This document shows positions 49,371 through 60,950 of a stretch of 64,000 nucleotides of DNA, in pieces; the first letter of the stretch is position 1, and the number at the start of each line of letters is the position of its first letter. The DNA lies in the NCBI GenBank assembly GCA_040220235.1, contig JAVJTO010000048.1; one strand, given 5' to 3'. The DNA is from Coleofasciculus sp. B1-GNL1-01 (GTDB taxonomy: Bacteria > Cyanobacteriota > Cyanobacteriia > Cyanobacteriales > Coleofasciculaceae). The position numbers and the translations under genes are program-made. The notes under the pieces are model-generated. The model had not been told where the DNA came from. It was given only the letters and a program-made list of their open reading frames with translations, and did not search any database.

Positions 49371-49477
49371 TTATAGCAATAGACACATCGATTAGGACGT
49401 TCGGCACCATTGTAGAGACGTTGCATGCAACGTCTCTACATAAATGATGTGTCCTAACAGCCATGGCGGTTGCTATA
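49371..49477. mobile_element. MITE (TATAGCAA...TTGCTATA) with internal TGTAGAGACG..CGTCTCTACA palindrome
   Basis: Inverted ends; partial inverted copy at about 10528-10598. Confidence 0.65.
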
Positions 49478-49574
49478 CATGAATTTACACAATTTTTTTG
49501 AGCATTTAAGTTTGTCTTCCCCAGCTTCCCCAGCTTCCCCAGCTTCCCCAGCTCTGCTAATCGGCAATGTAATA

Positions 49575-50369
49575 TCAGAAATCAATTTCTTTAGTCGGCG
49601 CGGGCAATTTATCTAAATCAGGAAGTTCGACTAATTCCTTCTCTGTTTCCTTCACCTCGACAGGCAATCGTAGGGGTTCGGGTGTTTCTTCCTCTTCAAT
49701 AAAGTAACTTGCCAAGGGTAGGGCTTGTTCGAGATCTTCTAACGGTCGAGTAATCACGGTAACTGCAACCAGTTCCCCAATCCGTTTCGCTTCTGCCATA
49801 CCCACTTGCAGCGCCATGGCGACTTCCGCCACTCGACCCCGGATAATCACGGTACATAAGCCCGCGCCAATGGTTTCGTAACCCGTGAGTTCTACATCGG
49901 CGGCTTTCAGCATCGCATCCGCTGCACCGACGATCGCGGGAAAGCCACGAGTTTCTAGAAGTCCCAGGGCTTGGGAACTATGGCGCGATCGCGTCTGCTG
50001 TTGCGCCTCTTCTAGCAAATGAGAACCCAGAGGTAAGACAACCTCCAAGTTTGGAAACGGTCGAGGAATTACTAAGGAGGACAATAACTGACCTTCTCGT
50101 TTAGCATGTTCAACCCCAGCTTGCACCGCAATCCGTACTTCTGCTGTAGCGCCGCGCACAATTGCTGTACAATGACCACTACCAATTTTTTCAAATCCTA
50201 TCAACGTCACGCCAGACGCCTTGAGCATCGCATCAGCCGTACTCACAATCACGGGAAAACTGAGTGTAGACACCAAACCCAAAGAGGAATGACGAAAGCG
50301 ATTTCGTTGAGTAGAAGGGGCGTGGGGGATAATTCCAGGGTTGTATGACTCCATAGCTCGGCTCTCCAT
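49575..50369 (-). CDS. ccmO: Carboxysome tandem-BMC shell protein CcmO
   Basis: Two BMC domains; position after ccmN. Confidence 0.9.
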   Translation of the reverse strand: MESRAMESYNPGIIPHAPSTQRNRFRHSSLGLVSTLSFPVIVSTADAMLKASGVTLIGFEKIGSGHCTAIVRGATAEVRIAVQAGVEHAKREGQLLSSLVIPRPFPNLEVVLPLGSHLLEEAQQQTRSRHSSQALGLLETRGFPAIVGAADAMLKAADVELTGYETIGAGLCTVIIRGRVAEVAMALQVGMAEAKRIGELVAVTVITRPLEDLEQALPLASYFIEEEETPEPLRLPVEVKETEKELVELPDLDKLPAPTKEIDF

Positions 50370-50519
50370 GTCGTTGTTGGCTTTTCAGTGTTGCCTCTAA
50401 TCCAGTCTAAGAAAACCAACACTCTAACCCTAACAACTTATCGGTATGACCTATCTCAGCGCTGATCTTAACACTACAGTTGAAGGGGCTAAATGACTCC
50501 CCTGCATCAGGAATCCAAA

Positions 50520-51161
50520 TTATTGATTATAGGGAAATAGAGTTTTGAGAATCCGGTCTACACTCCCTTGTCCATAGATTGAGTTTCCCTCCGGGGAGTC
50601 AGCAGAGTCGGGTTCCTCTTCCGACGGGGACTCACTGGAACTGACCTCGGAATCAACGTCTGGGTTGACCTCCTGCGGTTCAGACTGTTCAGGAGAGGCA
50701 GATGGACTAGAGGCGATCGCCTCTTGTTCAGGTTCAGGATTCGCCGCTTCTGGGGGATTAGAGCTATCAACCGGAGGAGTCGCGGCTGGGGAAATCTCGG
50801 CAACTTGACGCCCCGCATCACCAACAACAGACCCCGCAGGCACAACGGTTAATCGCTCAATCGAAGCATTCCAAATCGTGGTCAGTGAACCGATACAAGA
50901 ATTTGCCCCAATTGTTCCGTGACCCACGATCAATACACCTGTACCCATATTGACACCGGTTTCTATCTCTAACGTCCCTTGGTCAGCGTGCAGAATTGAA
51001 CCTGCACCAATACAAACACCTGCCGCGATAATCATTTGACTCTCAGGATTAGCCCGCAAAATTACTCCCGATGAAATCACAGCACTCGGATCAATGGTTA
51101 CATCACCTTGCACGTAGACATGAGAGTGACTGCTCAATGGTAGTGGCAGGGGCAAATGCAT
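50520..51161 (-). CDS. ccmN: Carboxysome protein CcmN
   Basis: Hexapeptide repeats, Pro/Glu linker and encapsulation peptide IYGQGSVDRILKTLFP. Confidence 0.9.
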   Translation of the reverse strand: MHLPLPLPLSSHSHVYVQGDVTIDPSAVISSGVILRANPESQMIIAAGVCIGAGSILHADQGTLEIETGVNMGTGVLIVGHGTIGANSCIGSLTTIWNASIERLTVVPAGSVVGDAGRQVAEISPAATPPVDSSNPPEAANPEPEQEAIASSPSASPEQSEPQEVNPDVDSEVSSSESPSEEEPDSADSPEGNSIYGQGSVDRILKTLFPYNQ

Positions 51162-51414
51162 TTTATAGTTATGGACGTTATCAACGTGAAGATAATTAGG
51201 TCAATTGAATCAGAAGTCCCGCGATTTTGAAGTCAGTGATTTGGAATTACCTCTGTGGGCAAGGAAAGGGATTGAGGATTAAAACTTGTCAATTTTTTGT
51301 TGAACAATTTCGGAGAAAGCATTGAGTTCAACCCTAACTCCATCGCCAATCCCTAATCACAGATCACCCTTTCCTTTCCCGCTGACTTCTAAGGGTTATT
51401 GAGGGAATGATTGC

Positions 51415-53130
51415 TCAACTTGGCTTTTGAATCAGGGTTTCCAAGATACGCCGCTTGGCTTTTGGATCAATACCAATTAGACGCACATATTCCCCACTAT
51501 GTTCAGCCATACAGCCTTCTAACCCCTCAATCACCTCAGCAACCTGATTGGAGTCGATCGGAGCGCAGCTTTGCCAGGAACCGGTGCGGAAGCGACGCTT
51601 GTCGGCGTGTTCGGTACCAATTTTGTAGCCTTGAGCTAACAAACCCCGGACTTGATCAATCGCCTCTTGGCTCAAAGACGTATCCGCAGGTGATACAGAA
51701 TCCACTTTTGAGGGTGCGGATACCGGGCTGTAGCTGCGGCTGGTGCGATCGCGCCGACCATTTGAGGAGACCGATGTCCCTGTGGTCAAGGCTTTACTAT
51801 CCGGTCGTTGAATAATTTCTTGTAGCACCCGCCGTTTCACATTGGGGTCAATGCCAATCAAGCGCACATACTCGCCTTCATGGTCGGCTAAACAGTCGGT
51901 AATCGCGTCCATCACCTCTGATTCCCGATTGGATTGAATCGACATCGCGCTCTTCCAGGAACTGGTGCGGAAGCGCCGCTCATCGGCATATTCTAAGCCA
52001 ACCCCATAACCTTGAGCGACCAGTCCCGCCACCGTTTGCTGAAGATCAGACTCGAGTTGGGGTTGTGAACGGGAAACCTGACGGTTTTTGCTCGCCGCAG
52101 GTTGACTGTAACGATAACTCGAAGACGCTTTCGCTGGGGTGGACTTGGACGGCTGATCACCGGGTCTTTGGATAATTTCTTCCATCACCCGCCGTTTGAC
52201 TTTCGGGTCAATCCCAATCAGGCGGACATATTCGCCTTGATGATCCTGCAAACAATCGCTCAAAGCATCAAGTACCTCTGATTCACGATCTGAGTGAATC
52301 GCGATCGCACTCTTCCAAGAACTCGTCCGGAAGCGCCGCTCATCTGCATATTCGGCACTAATCCGATATCCTTGAGCTAACAGTTGACGAATTTGTTTCT
52401 GCAGGTCTGAATTTATGGCTGTAAATGAAGGCATGGAACTATAAGAATAAGAAGAACGACGAGAAGGTTGATTTCCATTTTCCTGATCAGAGTCAGAGGC
52501 TTGAACCCTCTCCTTGCGGATTGGCGCAATACAAGCTTCATCCTCTGCACACTGATACCCTGATCGCAATGCATCGTTGCATGCGATCAGATTATGAGCA
52601 AACGTGAGATCCTCCTCTTGGACATCGGGCAGTCTATCCGCTTGCTGCTGATTATTAATGACTGCTCCAGAGGGTACATATTTCCCCGGCGGAATTTCCA
52701 CATCTTGCACCAAGGCGTGCATCATAACGATACAGCCATGACCGATGCGAGCATTAAACACAGTGGAGCGAAAGCCAATAAAGCAATCATCTCCAATGTA
52801 GGCTGGACCGTGAATCAGGCACAGATGAGTGACGGAGGTATTCTGACCAATCCAGACGGAGTAAGCTTTTTGGTCATCCCCCATCACTCGCCCATCTTCT
52901 AAGCCATGAATCACCACTCCATCTTGAATATTCGAGCCAGCGGCAATGTAAAACGGTCCACCTTCGTCTGCTCGAATGGAAGTCCCCGGAGAAATCATGA
53001 CATTTTCGGCGATTCTGACATCTCCGATAATGTTAGAAAAGGAGTGGACGTAGGCACTTTCGTGAATTTTGGGTTCCGCCAAACTTTTTGACCAAGGGGT
53101 CGGGGGTGCCGCGTAGCTACGAACTACCAT
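51415..53130 (-). CDS. ccmM: Carboxysome protein CcmM (gamma-CA plus three RbcS-like repeats)
   Basis: [14 protein letters not shown] start at 53130; three repeats of [11 protein letters not shown]...[11 protein letters not shown]. Confidence 0.95.
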   Translation of the reverse strand: MVVRSYAAPPTPWSKSLAEPKIHESAYVHSFSNIIGDVRIAENVMISPGTSIRADEGGPFYIAAGSNIQDGVVIHGLEDGRVMGDDQKAYSVWIGQNTSVTHLCLIHGPAYIGDDCFIGFRSTVFNARIGHGCIVMMHALVQDVEIPPGKYVPSGAVINNQQQADRLPDVQEEDLTFAHNLIACNDALRSGYQCAEDEACIAPIRKERVQASDSDQENGNQPSRRSSYSYSSMPSFTAINSDLQKQIRQLLAQGYRISAEYADERRFRTSSWKSAIAIHSDRESEVLDALSDCLQDHQGEYVRLIGIDPKVKRRVMEEIIQRPGDQPSKSTPAKASSSYRYSQPAASKNRQVSRSQPQLESDLQQTVAGLVAQGYGVGLEYADERRFRTSSWKSAMSIQSNRESEVMDAITDCLADHEGEYVRLIGIDPNVKRRVLQEIIQRPDSKALTTGTSVSSNGRRDRTSRSYSPVSAPSKVDSVSPADTSLSQEAIDQVRGLLAQGYKIGTEHADKRRFRTGSWQSCAPIDSNQVAEVIEGLEGCMAEHSGEYVRLIGIDPKAKRRILETLIQKPS

Positions 53131-53510
53131 GATAATATTTTCCTGCCTTGCACAACGTATATCAACGTGTTGTTTTTTTTGATTAAACCAAGAGCATTTT
53201 ATCCATAAGCCTTGGATGTTTATCCCCATAGGGATATAAAGATCTTTGTTTAAGCTGGATCTTCAAACATCAGCAATTCTAGTTAGTTGGGTTTTGAGGG
53301 AGAAGTTTTTCGTTAAAACCGGGCGACTGAGCCGAGGGCTATTGGGTTGACTCCCCTCCCGCCAGCCGAATAAGTATTGGCTTTAATACGCCAAATTAGG
53401 ATATGAATTCTTGGTCTGGCGGTCAGTCATCTTAGACCGATAAGGGAGTCAGACTCAGGGCTTGCTCATGATTGGTGTTAACGATTTCGGATGACGTTTT
53501 CCACCCCAGA

Positions 53511-53813
53511 CTATCGATATTGATCTTTTTTACTGTAGAGAATGTGACTATCTACACTAACGGTGTCGATAATCCCCACTACCATAGCATCAATAGGGCG
53601 CTTATCACTTTCACCCACCTGACGGGCTGCGCTGCCACAACTCACCAAAACCCACTCATCCACACCCGCACCGACGACATCTGCTGCCACTTCGTAGTTA
53701 GGTAGAGGTTTACCCTCATCATCCATAAACTGTACTAAGAGAAATTTTACACCTCTCAGGCTGGGTTCTTTACAAGTACTAACGACTGTCCCCCGCACTC
53801 TGGCAATTTGCAT
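53511..53813 (-). CDS. ccmL: Carboxysome pentamer CcmL
   Basis: GTVVST, GAG..EWVLV..GSAAR and GIID motifs. Confidence 0.95.
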   Translation of the reverse strand: MQIARVRGTVVSTCKEPSLRGVKFLLVQFMDDEGKPLPNYEVAADVVGAGVDEWVLVSCGSAARQVGESDKRPIDAMVVGIIDTVSVDSHILYSKKDQYR

Positions 53814-53951
53814 TTATCCTCCACGGTTGGGATTTTGGATCGTCGGTTCTGGGCGGACTGAGTTGCCGTTTTTTTTAACGAGCGAGTCTTGCCTTTGTCT
53901 CAATCCCCAATTCACCTTTCCTATAATCATTTAAGGATAAGGGTATTGGTC

Positions 53952-54293
53952 TTAGGGACGGTTAAGCGGACGGATCGCATTCGTGCTTTCTCGGAACTGT
54001 TCTACATCCTCAGTGTACCGAATCGGCAGCACGTACTCTAGGTTTTCATGAGGGCGAGCAATAATGTGAGTGGATAGAACCTGACCCCCATTGACGCGCT
54101 TGACGTTATCCACACCAGCGGCTACAGAGGCTTGGACTTCCGACACATCGCCCCGGACGATAACCGTAACCCGACCACTGCCGATTTTTTCATACCCGAC
54201 CAGGGTGACGCGGGCGGCTTTCACCATGGCGTCAGCGGCTTCGACGACAGCCGGAAAGCCGAGGGTTTCTACCATTCCAACGGCGATTGACAT
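53952..54293 (-). CDS. ccmK1: Carboxysome shell hexamer CcmK1
   Basis: BMC domain with C-terminal extension. Confidence 0.9.
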   Translation of the reverse strand: MSIAVGMVETLGFPAVVEAADAMVKAARVTLVGYEKIGSGRVTVIVRGDVSEVQASVAAGVDNVKRVNGGQVLSTHIIARPHENLEYVLPIRYTEDVEQFRESTNAIRPLNRP

Positions 54294-54379
54294 GAATGTT
54301 TCTCCAAAATCTAGGGGTTTGTCTGTTTTGACACCTTGGGAGCGCCAGGATTTAGCCCAATCTAAGCGTAGAGGTCTCG

Positions 54380-54691
54380 CTAATAGGATCGGAATTGTTC
54401 CACGGCTTCGCTATATCGAATCGGTAGAACGTATTCCAAGTTTTCGTGGGGACGGGCAATGATGTGGGTGGATACGACTTCACCCCCATTGACCCGATTG
54501 GCAGATTCTACGCCAGCAGCGACGGAGGCTTGAACTTCTGAGACATCGCCCCGAACAATAACCGTGACCCGCGCACTACCAATTTTTTCATACCCGACCA
54601 AGGTGACACGGGCAGCTTTCACCATGGCGTCAGCGGCTTCGACGACAGCCGGAAAGCCTTTGGTTTCAATCATTCCTACAGCAATTGGCAC
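54380..54691 (-). CDS. ccmK2: Carboxysome shell hexamer CcmK2
   Basis: GTG at 54691 after AGGAG; (M)[20 protein letters not shown]. Confidence 0.9.
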   Translation of the reverse strand: MPIAVGMIETKGFPAVVEAADAMVKAARVTLVGYEKIGSARVTVIVRGDVSEVQASVAAGVESANRVNGGEVVSTHIIARPHENLEYVLPIRYSEAVEQFRSY

Positions 54692-55246
54692 GTTGATTTT
54701 CTCCTTGTGAATACGTTGACCATGAGTCCGCCCATCCCGGTTGGGCAAAAATTTGGACGGGAATGCCGAAGTTTAGACTAATAAATTACTAGCCAAAACC
54801 AAGCATAGAGAAGCTTGGCACAATTGACAATATAAATTATTATGATAATTCTTAATCAAACTGTTTAACAAAACTTAACTTTAGAGCGATAATAATCGAG
54901 AGGTTGGGCAAAATTCTCAGCTTTTGCGAAATGTTGGCTTTGTTTTATAATTTTTGGGTAACGTTTTTATACGTTAAAATGACTTGTCTCCAGACGCCGG
55001 GACAATCACCTCATAATCAAGCAGGGGCAACGGGTAGGAGAACCGCTTGACCGAACAACTCAAGTATGGAGAGAAGGTCAAGGCTCTAGTATTAAGTATC
55101 ACTTTGATTAAGCTGACCTTTAAATAGAGGGACTCAAGACAAGAGGGACTCAAACCGCGATCGCGCCAGCGAATCCCTCGGTCAATAGGCAAAATTCTGT
55201 ATCGATATGATCCAGTGATAAAAAACCAACGAGGTACGCAAGCGGG

Positions 55247-57130
55247 ATGACAGAGTTTCTGAATCAGACAATTTGGTTAGTGCCGTTTTATGGGTTAATT
55301 GGTGCCATTTTAAGCTTACCTTGGGCAACGGGTGTGATTCGCCGTACCGGTCCCCGTCCGGCTGCCTATCTTAACATATTAATGACGCTTTTTGCCTGTA
55401 TTCACGGTTGGGTAATCTTCGGGTCTGCCGTGAATCAGCCGATGGTGAACGAGTTTGTATTTGACTGGCTGCAAGTTGGCGGCGTGAATTTCTCCTTCGC
55501 CCTAGAGGTTTCGCCCGTGAGTACAGGTGCGGCAGAGGTGGTGACCAGCCTCAGCCTGTTGGCGCAACTGTATGCCCTAGGATACATGGAAAAAGACTGG
55601 GCATTAGCCCGCTTTTTTGCCTTAATGGGATTCTTTGAAGGGGCGATGAGTGGAATTGCCTTGAGTAATTCCTTACTCTTGAGCTATGCTCTGTTGGAAA
55701 TGCTCACCCTCTCCACCTATTTACTGGTTGGCTTTTGGTATGCTCAACCCTTAGTGGTTACCGCTGCACGAGATGCCTTTTTAACCAAGCGGGTGGGTGA
55801 TATGTTGCTGTTAATGGGGGTTGTCACCCTGGGAAGCCTCGCGGGTAGCTTAAACTTTAATAACTTATACGATTGGGCAGGAACCGCCACCCTCCCCCCC
55901 ATCCTCGCCACCTTGCTGGGATTAGCCCTAATTGCCGGACCCTTAGGGAAATGCGCTCAATTTCCCTTGCATTTGTGGTTAGATGAAGCGATGGAAGGAC
56001 CCAACCCCGCCTCCGTCTTGCGGAATTCGCTGGTTGTCTGCTGTGGGGCGTATGTGTTGATTAAACTGCTGCCGATTTTAGCCATATCCCCAGTCACCTT
56101 ATCCGTGTTAGTGGTAATTGGCACGATCACAGCGATTGGTGCATCCTTAGTCGCCATTGCCCAAATTGATATTAAGCGATCGCTCTCCCATACCACCAGT
56201 GCGTATTTAGGGTTGGTGTTTATCGCCGTGGGAACTGGACGCGCCGATATTGCAGCGACGTTACTCCTCGCCCACGCCGTTGCCAAAGCCCTATTATTTA
56301 TGAGTACCGGTTCGATTATTCTCACCACCAGTAACCAAAATCTCACCGAGATGGGCGGCTTATGGTCACGGATGCCCGCCACAACCAGTGCCTTTGTCGT
56401 CGGAACAGCGGGGATGATTGGACTATTGCCCCTAGGGGGGTATTGGGCATTAAGTAAAGGCATTAATTCCCTGTGGGCGGATTCACCTGGATTAGTTGCC
56501 ACCTTTATCGGGGTGAATGGGATTACCGCCCTCGGCTTAACCCGCGTCTTTCGCTTAGCCTTTTTAGGCAATCCTCAGCCCAAAACCCGCCGTACCCCGG
56601 AAGTGGGGTGGCCCATGGCGTTTCCGATGGTGGGGTTAACCCTAATTACTCTGGGGATGCCCTTGTTGCTGCAACAATTAAACCTGTTACCCAGTGCTAA
56701 GTATGAGTACCTGATTGAAGTCCCCCAACTGTTATTATTTGGTTCCAGCGTCGTGGGTTGTGCGATTGGCGGTTTAATGGACTTACACAGAATTGGATTG
56801 CGATCGATTCTCTTACCTGTGAGATTTTTGCAAGACCTTTTAGCTTATGATTTTTACGTCGATCGACTCTACAACCTGACTGTGGTCTTTGCCGTTGACC
56901 TGTTTTCTAAACTGACCGACTGGATTGACCGTCATATTGTCGATGGTGTGGTGAATTTAGTTGGTTTGGCGACTGTGGTTGGGGGTCAATCATTGAAATA
57001 TAGTGTTTCGGGGAAATCCCAGTTTTACCTGTTAACGATTCTCATCGGCGTCAGCTTATTAGCACTCTTGATGAGTTGGCCCCTCAGTCAGTGGGACTGG
57101 GAACAGTGGTTGTTTCTGAATGGGCAGTAA
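55247..57130 (+). CDS. ndhF4: NDH-1 CO2-uptake subunit F4
   Basis: RRTGPRPAAY and KCAQFPLHLWLDEAMEGP motifs; in operon with cupB. Confidence 0.88.
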   Translation: MTEFLNQTIWLVPFYGLIGAILSLPWATGVIRRTGPRPAAYLNILMTLFACIHGWVIFGSAVNQPMVNEFVFDWLQVGGVNFSFALEVSPVSTGAAEVVTSLSLLAQLYALGYMEKDWALARFFALMGFFEGAMSGIALSNSLLLSYALLEMLTLSTYLLVGFWYAQPLVVTAARDAFLTKRVGDMLLLMGVVTLGSLAGSLNFNNLYDWAGTATLPPILATLLGLALIAGPLGKCAQFPLHLWLDEAMEGPNPASVLRNSLVVCCGAYVLIKLLPILAISPVTLSVLVVIGTITAIGASLVAIAQIDIKRSLSHTTSAYLGLVFIAVGTGRADIAATLLLAHAVAKALLFMSTGSIILTTSNQNLTEMGGLWSRMPATTSAFVVGTAGMIGLLPLGGYWALSKGINSLWADSPGLVATFIGVNGITALGLTRVFRLAFLGNPQPKTRRTPEVGWPMAFPMVGLTLITLGMPLLLQQLNLLPSAKYEYLIEVPQLLLFGSSVVGCAIGGLMDLHRIGLRSILLPVRFLQDLLAYDFYVDRLYNLTVVFAVDLFSKLTDWIDRHIVDGVVNLVGLATVVGGQSLKYSVSGKSQFYLLTILIGVSLLALLMSWPLSQWDWEQWLFLNGQ

Positions 57131-57242
57131 AAATGTTGGTGTCGGTTGTAGGGGCGGGTTTTACCGATAACATTACGGATAAAACCACTAACTTATCTAC
57201 CCTGTTCCCTGTTCCCTGTTCCCTGTTCCCTATCAAATAACT

Positions 57243-58739
57243 ATGCTAAGTGCTTTAATTTTAGTCCCGCTATTAACAGCCCTAGTTGTCGGATTTTTGC
57301 CCACGACGCTGATGGCAAAAGGGGCGCGTAAAGTCACCTTAATTGTTACCAGTGGTCTATTTATTTGGTCACTGGTACTGCTAGCGCAGTTTAATCCTGG
57401 TCAGATGAGTCTTCAATTTCAAGAAAAACTGTCTTGGATTGAGTCAATTGGGTTAACCTACAGTTTAGGTATCGATGGGTTGTCAATACCCTTAGTGGTA
57501 TTAAATGGCTTACTCACCGTGATGGCGGTTTACGCGACGGATGAGGAGTTAGAACGCCCTCGATTTTATTACACGCTAATTCTGTTATTAAACGCTGGGG
57601 TAGCCGGGGCATTTTTGGCGCAAGACTTATTGCTGTTTTTCCTCTTCTATGAACTGGAATTAATTCCCTTATATTTGTTAATTGCTATCTGGGGCGGAAA
57701 ACGGCGTGGCTATGCGGCGACTAAGTTTCTCTTATATACAGCTGTGTCTGGGGCGCTGGTTTTAGCGGTCTTTTTAGGTTTGGTCTTTTTGAGTGGGGCA
57801 AATACCTTTGCCTACAGCAATGTGCAGAACTTAGCCTCATTATTACCCGTGGGTCGTCAATTGCTATTATTAGGCGGAATTCTAATCGCCTTTGGGATGA
57901 AAATTCCTTTAGTACCCTTTCATACCTGGTTACCGGATGCCCACGTTGAAGCCTCTACGCCTATTTCCATGCTGTTGGCGGGGGTGTTGCTGAAATTAGG
58001 AACCTATGGATTATTGCGCTTTGGTTTAGGATTATTCCCAGAAGCTTGGACAGTCGTTGCGCCTTGGTTAGCGATATGGGCAGTTGTCAGTGTGCTTTAT
58101 GGGGCGTTTAATGCGATCGCGCAACGGGATATGAAGAAGATGGTGGCGTTTAGTTCAGTGGCGCACATGGGGTATATTTTACTAGCTGCGGCGGCGGCGA
58201 CATCAATTTCCCTGGTGGCGGCGGTGATGCAAATGGTGAGTCATGGGTTAATCTCGGCGTTACTGTTTTTTTTGGTGGGTGTGGTTTATAAGAAGACGGG
58301 TTCGCGGGATTTAGATGTTCTCAATGGACTTTTGAATCGGGAACGCGGATTACCGTTGATTGGTAGCTTCATGGTATTGGCGGTGATGGCGAGTGCGGGA
58401 ATTCCAGGAATGGTGGGATTTATCTCAGAATTTCTGGTATTTCGGGGGAGTTTTCCGGTGTTTCCTGTGCAAACGCTTCTGTGTATGATTGGGACAGTTT
58501 TAACGGCGGTGTATTTCCTAATTTTGCTGGATCGTACCTTTTTTGGGCGTCTCTCGGCGCAGTTGATTAATTTACCCCGGGTTTACTGGAGTGAACGGAT
58601 ACCGGCGATTGTCTTAGCGGTGTTGATTGTTATTTTTGGGATTCAACCGGGATGGTTAGTGCGGTTGAGTGAAACCACTACGGCGACGATGGTGACGAAT
58701 TCACCGACAATGGCTTTAGGCGTTGAGGTGAGTCGATAA
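57243..58739 (+). CDS. ndhD4: NDH-1 CO2-uptake subunit D4
   Basis: PFHTWLPDAHVEAS and LLKLGTYG motifs. Confidence 0.88.
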   Translation: MLSALILVPLLTALVVGFLPTTLMAKGARKVTLIVTSGLFIWSLVLLAQFNPGQMSLQFQEKLSWIESIGLTYSLGIDGLSIPLVVLNGLLTVMAVYATDEELERPRFYYTLILLLNAGVAGAFLAQDLLLFFLFYELELIPLYLLIAIWGGKRRGYAATKFLLYTAVSGALVLAVFLGLVFLSGANTFAYSNVQNLASLLPVGRQLLLLGGILIAFGMKIPLVPFHTWLPDAHVEASTPISMLLAGVLLKLGTYGLLRFGLGLFPEAWTVVAPWLAIWAVVSVLYGAFNAIAQRDMKKMVAFSSVAHMGYILLAAAAATSISLVAAVMQMVSHGLISALLFFLVGVVYKKTGSRDLDVLNGLLNRERGLPLIGSFMVLAVMASAGIPGMVGFISEFLVFRGSFPVFPVQTLLCMIGTVLTAVYFLILLDRTFFGRLSAQLINLPRVYWSERIPAIVLAVLIVIFGIQPGWLVRLSETTTATMVTNSPTMALGVEVSR

Positions 58740-58940
58740 TATTGTGGTCAGTTGTCATTTGTCATTTGTCATTTGTCATTTGTCATTTGTCATTTGTCAT
58801 TTGTCATTCGTCATTCTAACGGATCAGTCGGGGCGGGTTTAGTTACATCTAGGTTAGGTTAGAAACGATAGTCGTGAAACCCGCCCCTACAAAACCAATT
58901 GATCAAAAGTCATCAAGGGTAACAACTAATAATTATTCCC

Positions 58941-60071
58941 ATGGTAATCAGTCACAAAACATCTAAAACTCATCCCCTAGAACCTTATATTAAACGCCTC
59001 AATTCCGGTGAAGCGTTGCTGGTGGATTCACCAGAGAATGTGCTAGAGGTTGTGGGGATTTTACATAGTTATGGCATTGTCCTAGATGCCTATTCGCGCA
59101 ATCTAATTTATATTGCTGAGAATCAGTTTTTAGTTTTTTTCCCCTTCTTTAAATACTTCAACGGGGAGGTTTCTCTCCAGAAGCTAATACGGCACTGGTG
59201 GCATAATCGGATTAATTTTGAATATGCCGAATACTGTATGAAATCGATGTTTTGGCATGGGGGTGGAAAATTAGATGCTTATCTAGATACGCCAGAATTT
59301 GAACAACACTGTGCCGCCGCGATTCAGGCAAAGTTTAAGGGGAATCCGTTTGTCCAAGGGTTAAACTGGTTATTTCCCAATTTTCTCACCGAACAAGTGC
59401 GTCAGATGGCATATTACAGTGGCTTGGGTCAATTCTGGCGGGTGATGAGTGATATTTTTATGGAGTTATCTAGTCGCTATGACAAGGGGGAAATTAAGAC
59501 GATTCCCCAAGTTGTGGAACATATTTTAAATGGATTAGTGGCGGCGGCGAGTAAACCGATTACCTATAGCGTGAAAATTCGCGATCGCGAGTATGAGATA
59601 CTTCCCAAATCCGCTGGGTTAACCTTTCTCATGGATACAGCCGTACCCTATGTGGAGGCGATTTTCTTTCGGGGAACGCCGTTTTTAGGGACGGTTTCCT
59701 ATAACGCCCAAGCCAATCAGATTCCGCCAGAACAAGGTAAGTTTACTTATGGGGCATTATATGCTGATCCGTTACCTGTGGGTAGTTCGGGGATTCCACC
59801 CACATTATTGATGCAGGATATGCGTCATTATTTACCGGATTATCTGCATCAAGTCTATCAGCGATCGCGTCGGGGAGAGGATGATTTGGGGGTGCAGATT
59901 TGCCAAACGTTTCAGAAGTCGATGTTTTGTGTAACAACGGCGGCAATTTTGGGATTAGCGCCTCATCCCTTGGATACGACGGAACCGGAACAACAAGCAG
60001 AAAATCGGGCGTATTTGGAGAATTGGATGGATCGATTTGTGACATCGCGGATCAATGATGTTAATCAGTGA
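58941..60071 (+). CDS. cupB: CO2 hydration protein CupB/ChpX
   Basis: 376 aa; RINFEYAEYC and GIPPTLLMQDM motifs. Confidence 0.88.
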   Translation: MVISHKTSKTHPLEPYIKRLNSGEALLVDSPENVLEVVGILHSYGIVLDAYSRNLIYIAENQFLVFFPFFKYFNGEVSLQKLIRHWWHNRINFEYAEYCMKSMFWHGGGKLDAYLDTPEFEQHCAAAIQAKFKGNPFVQGLNWLFPNFLTEQVRQMAYYSGLGQFWRVMSDIFMELSSRYDKGEIKTIPQVVEHILNGLVAAASKPITYSVKIRDREYEILPKSAGLTFLMDTAVPYVEAIFFRGTPFLGTVSYNAQANQIPPEQGKFTYGALYADPLPVGSSGIPPTLLMQDMRHYLPDYLHQVYQRSRRGEDDLGVQICQTFQKSMFCVTTAAILGLAPHPLDTTEPEQQAENRAYLENWMDRFVTSRINDVNQ

Positions 60072-60150
60072 GTCATTTGTCATTTGTCATTTGTCCTGTC
60101 ATTCGTTTGCAGCCCTACACGCGCCGACGAAATAATTCTTGTCTATTATT

Positions 60151-60786
60151 ATGACTCAAACTCTTCCAGCTAGAGAGATTACTCTCCATGAATTAGAAAC
60201 AAAATTTGGCATCCAGTTGGTTGAAGATGACCAATTCTTCCGAGAATGGCAGGACAACTTACCGGAAATTACTGACGCCGAGAAAGAAAGGTTGGACAGA
60301 GTAAAACTCAGTTATCAGAATTTAACGAAATACCCACCTCTGTTGGAAAACACCGTAAAAATGGTTGTTCTCTCTCCCTTGCTAGACTTAGCGGATTTCT
60401 ACCTCCACCCCTTCCACATCAAATCCGAGACGTCTGTAGCAATAGCAGCAGAAGATGAGGGAGTTATTGTCAGAGGAGAGATCGATGTATTGGCTTTATT
60501 AGAACAAGTTTGGCTAGTTGTCATTGAATCAAAAAAAGCCGCATTTTCTCTAGACGTTGGCAAACCACAACTTCTCGCTTATATGTTATCAAATCCTGAT
60601 CGGGAAGAACCTGCCTACGGACTAATTACGAATGGGAGTAGCTTTAGATTTATAAAATTAGTCAAAGGAGAAACAACTCGATACGCTGTATCTAAATTGT
60701 TTGATATTTTCAATCCGGGAAATGAACTGTATAGCGTTTTGAGGGTACTGAAGCGTTTAGGTCAATTAGCAATGAGTAACCAATGA
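60151..60786 (+). CDS. Type I restriction HsdR N-terminal-like nuclease-fold protein
   Basis: GEIDVL, IESK, QLLAYM and GLITNG motifs. Confidence 0.75.
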   Translation: MTQTLPAREITLHELETKFGIQLVEDDQFFREWQDNLPEITDAEKERLDRVKLSYQNLTKYPPLLENTVKMVVLSPLLDLADFYLHPFHIKSETSVAIAAEDEGVIVRGEIDVLALLEQVWLVVIESKKAAFSLDVGKPQLLAYMLSNPDREEPAYGLITNGSSFRFIKLVKGETTRYAVSKLFDIFNPGNELYSVLRVLKRLGQLAMSNQ

Positions 60787-60812
60787 GGTAGTTTTTGTTT
60801 ATACTAAACCTC

Positions 60813-60950
60813 TAAGTAGGTTGGTGGAAATAAACTTAACTAGATCAAGTTATGTAAACAAGCCTTAAACCCTTACTGTTCCCTGTTCCCTGTTCCCTGT
60901 TCCCTGTTCCCTAATCTCAACCGTTAACTTTAATTGTGTCCACCCACTTA
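60813..60950. mobile_element. MITE related to 45499-45637, carrying (TGTTCCC)n
   Basis: Shares TAAGTAGGTTGGTGGAAATAAAC and CCGTTAACTTTAATTGT ends; its terminal TTA is the stop of the next gene. Confidence 0.7.

Noticed and set aside
54180..54660. Near-identical DNA in ccmK1 and ccmK2
   Set aside because: Expected for these paralogs.
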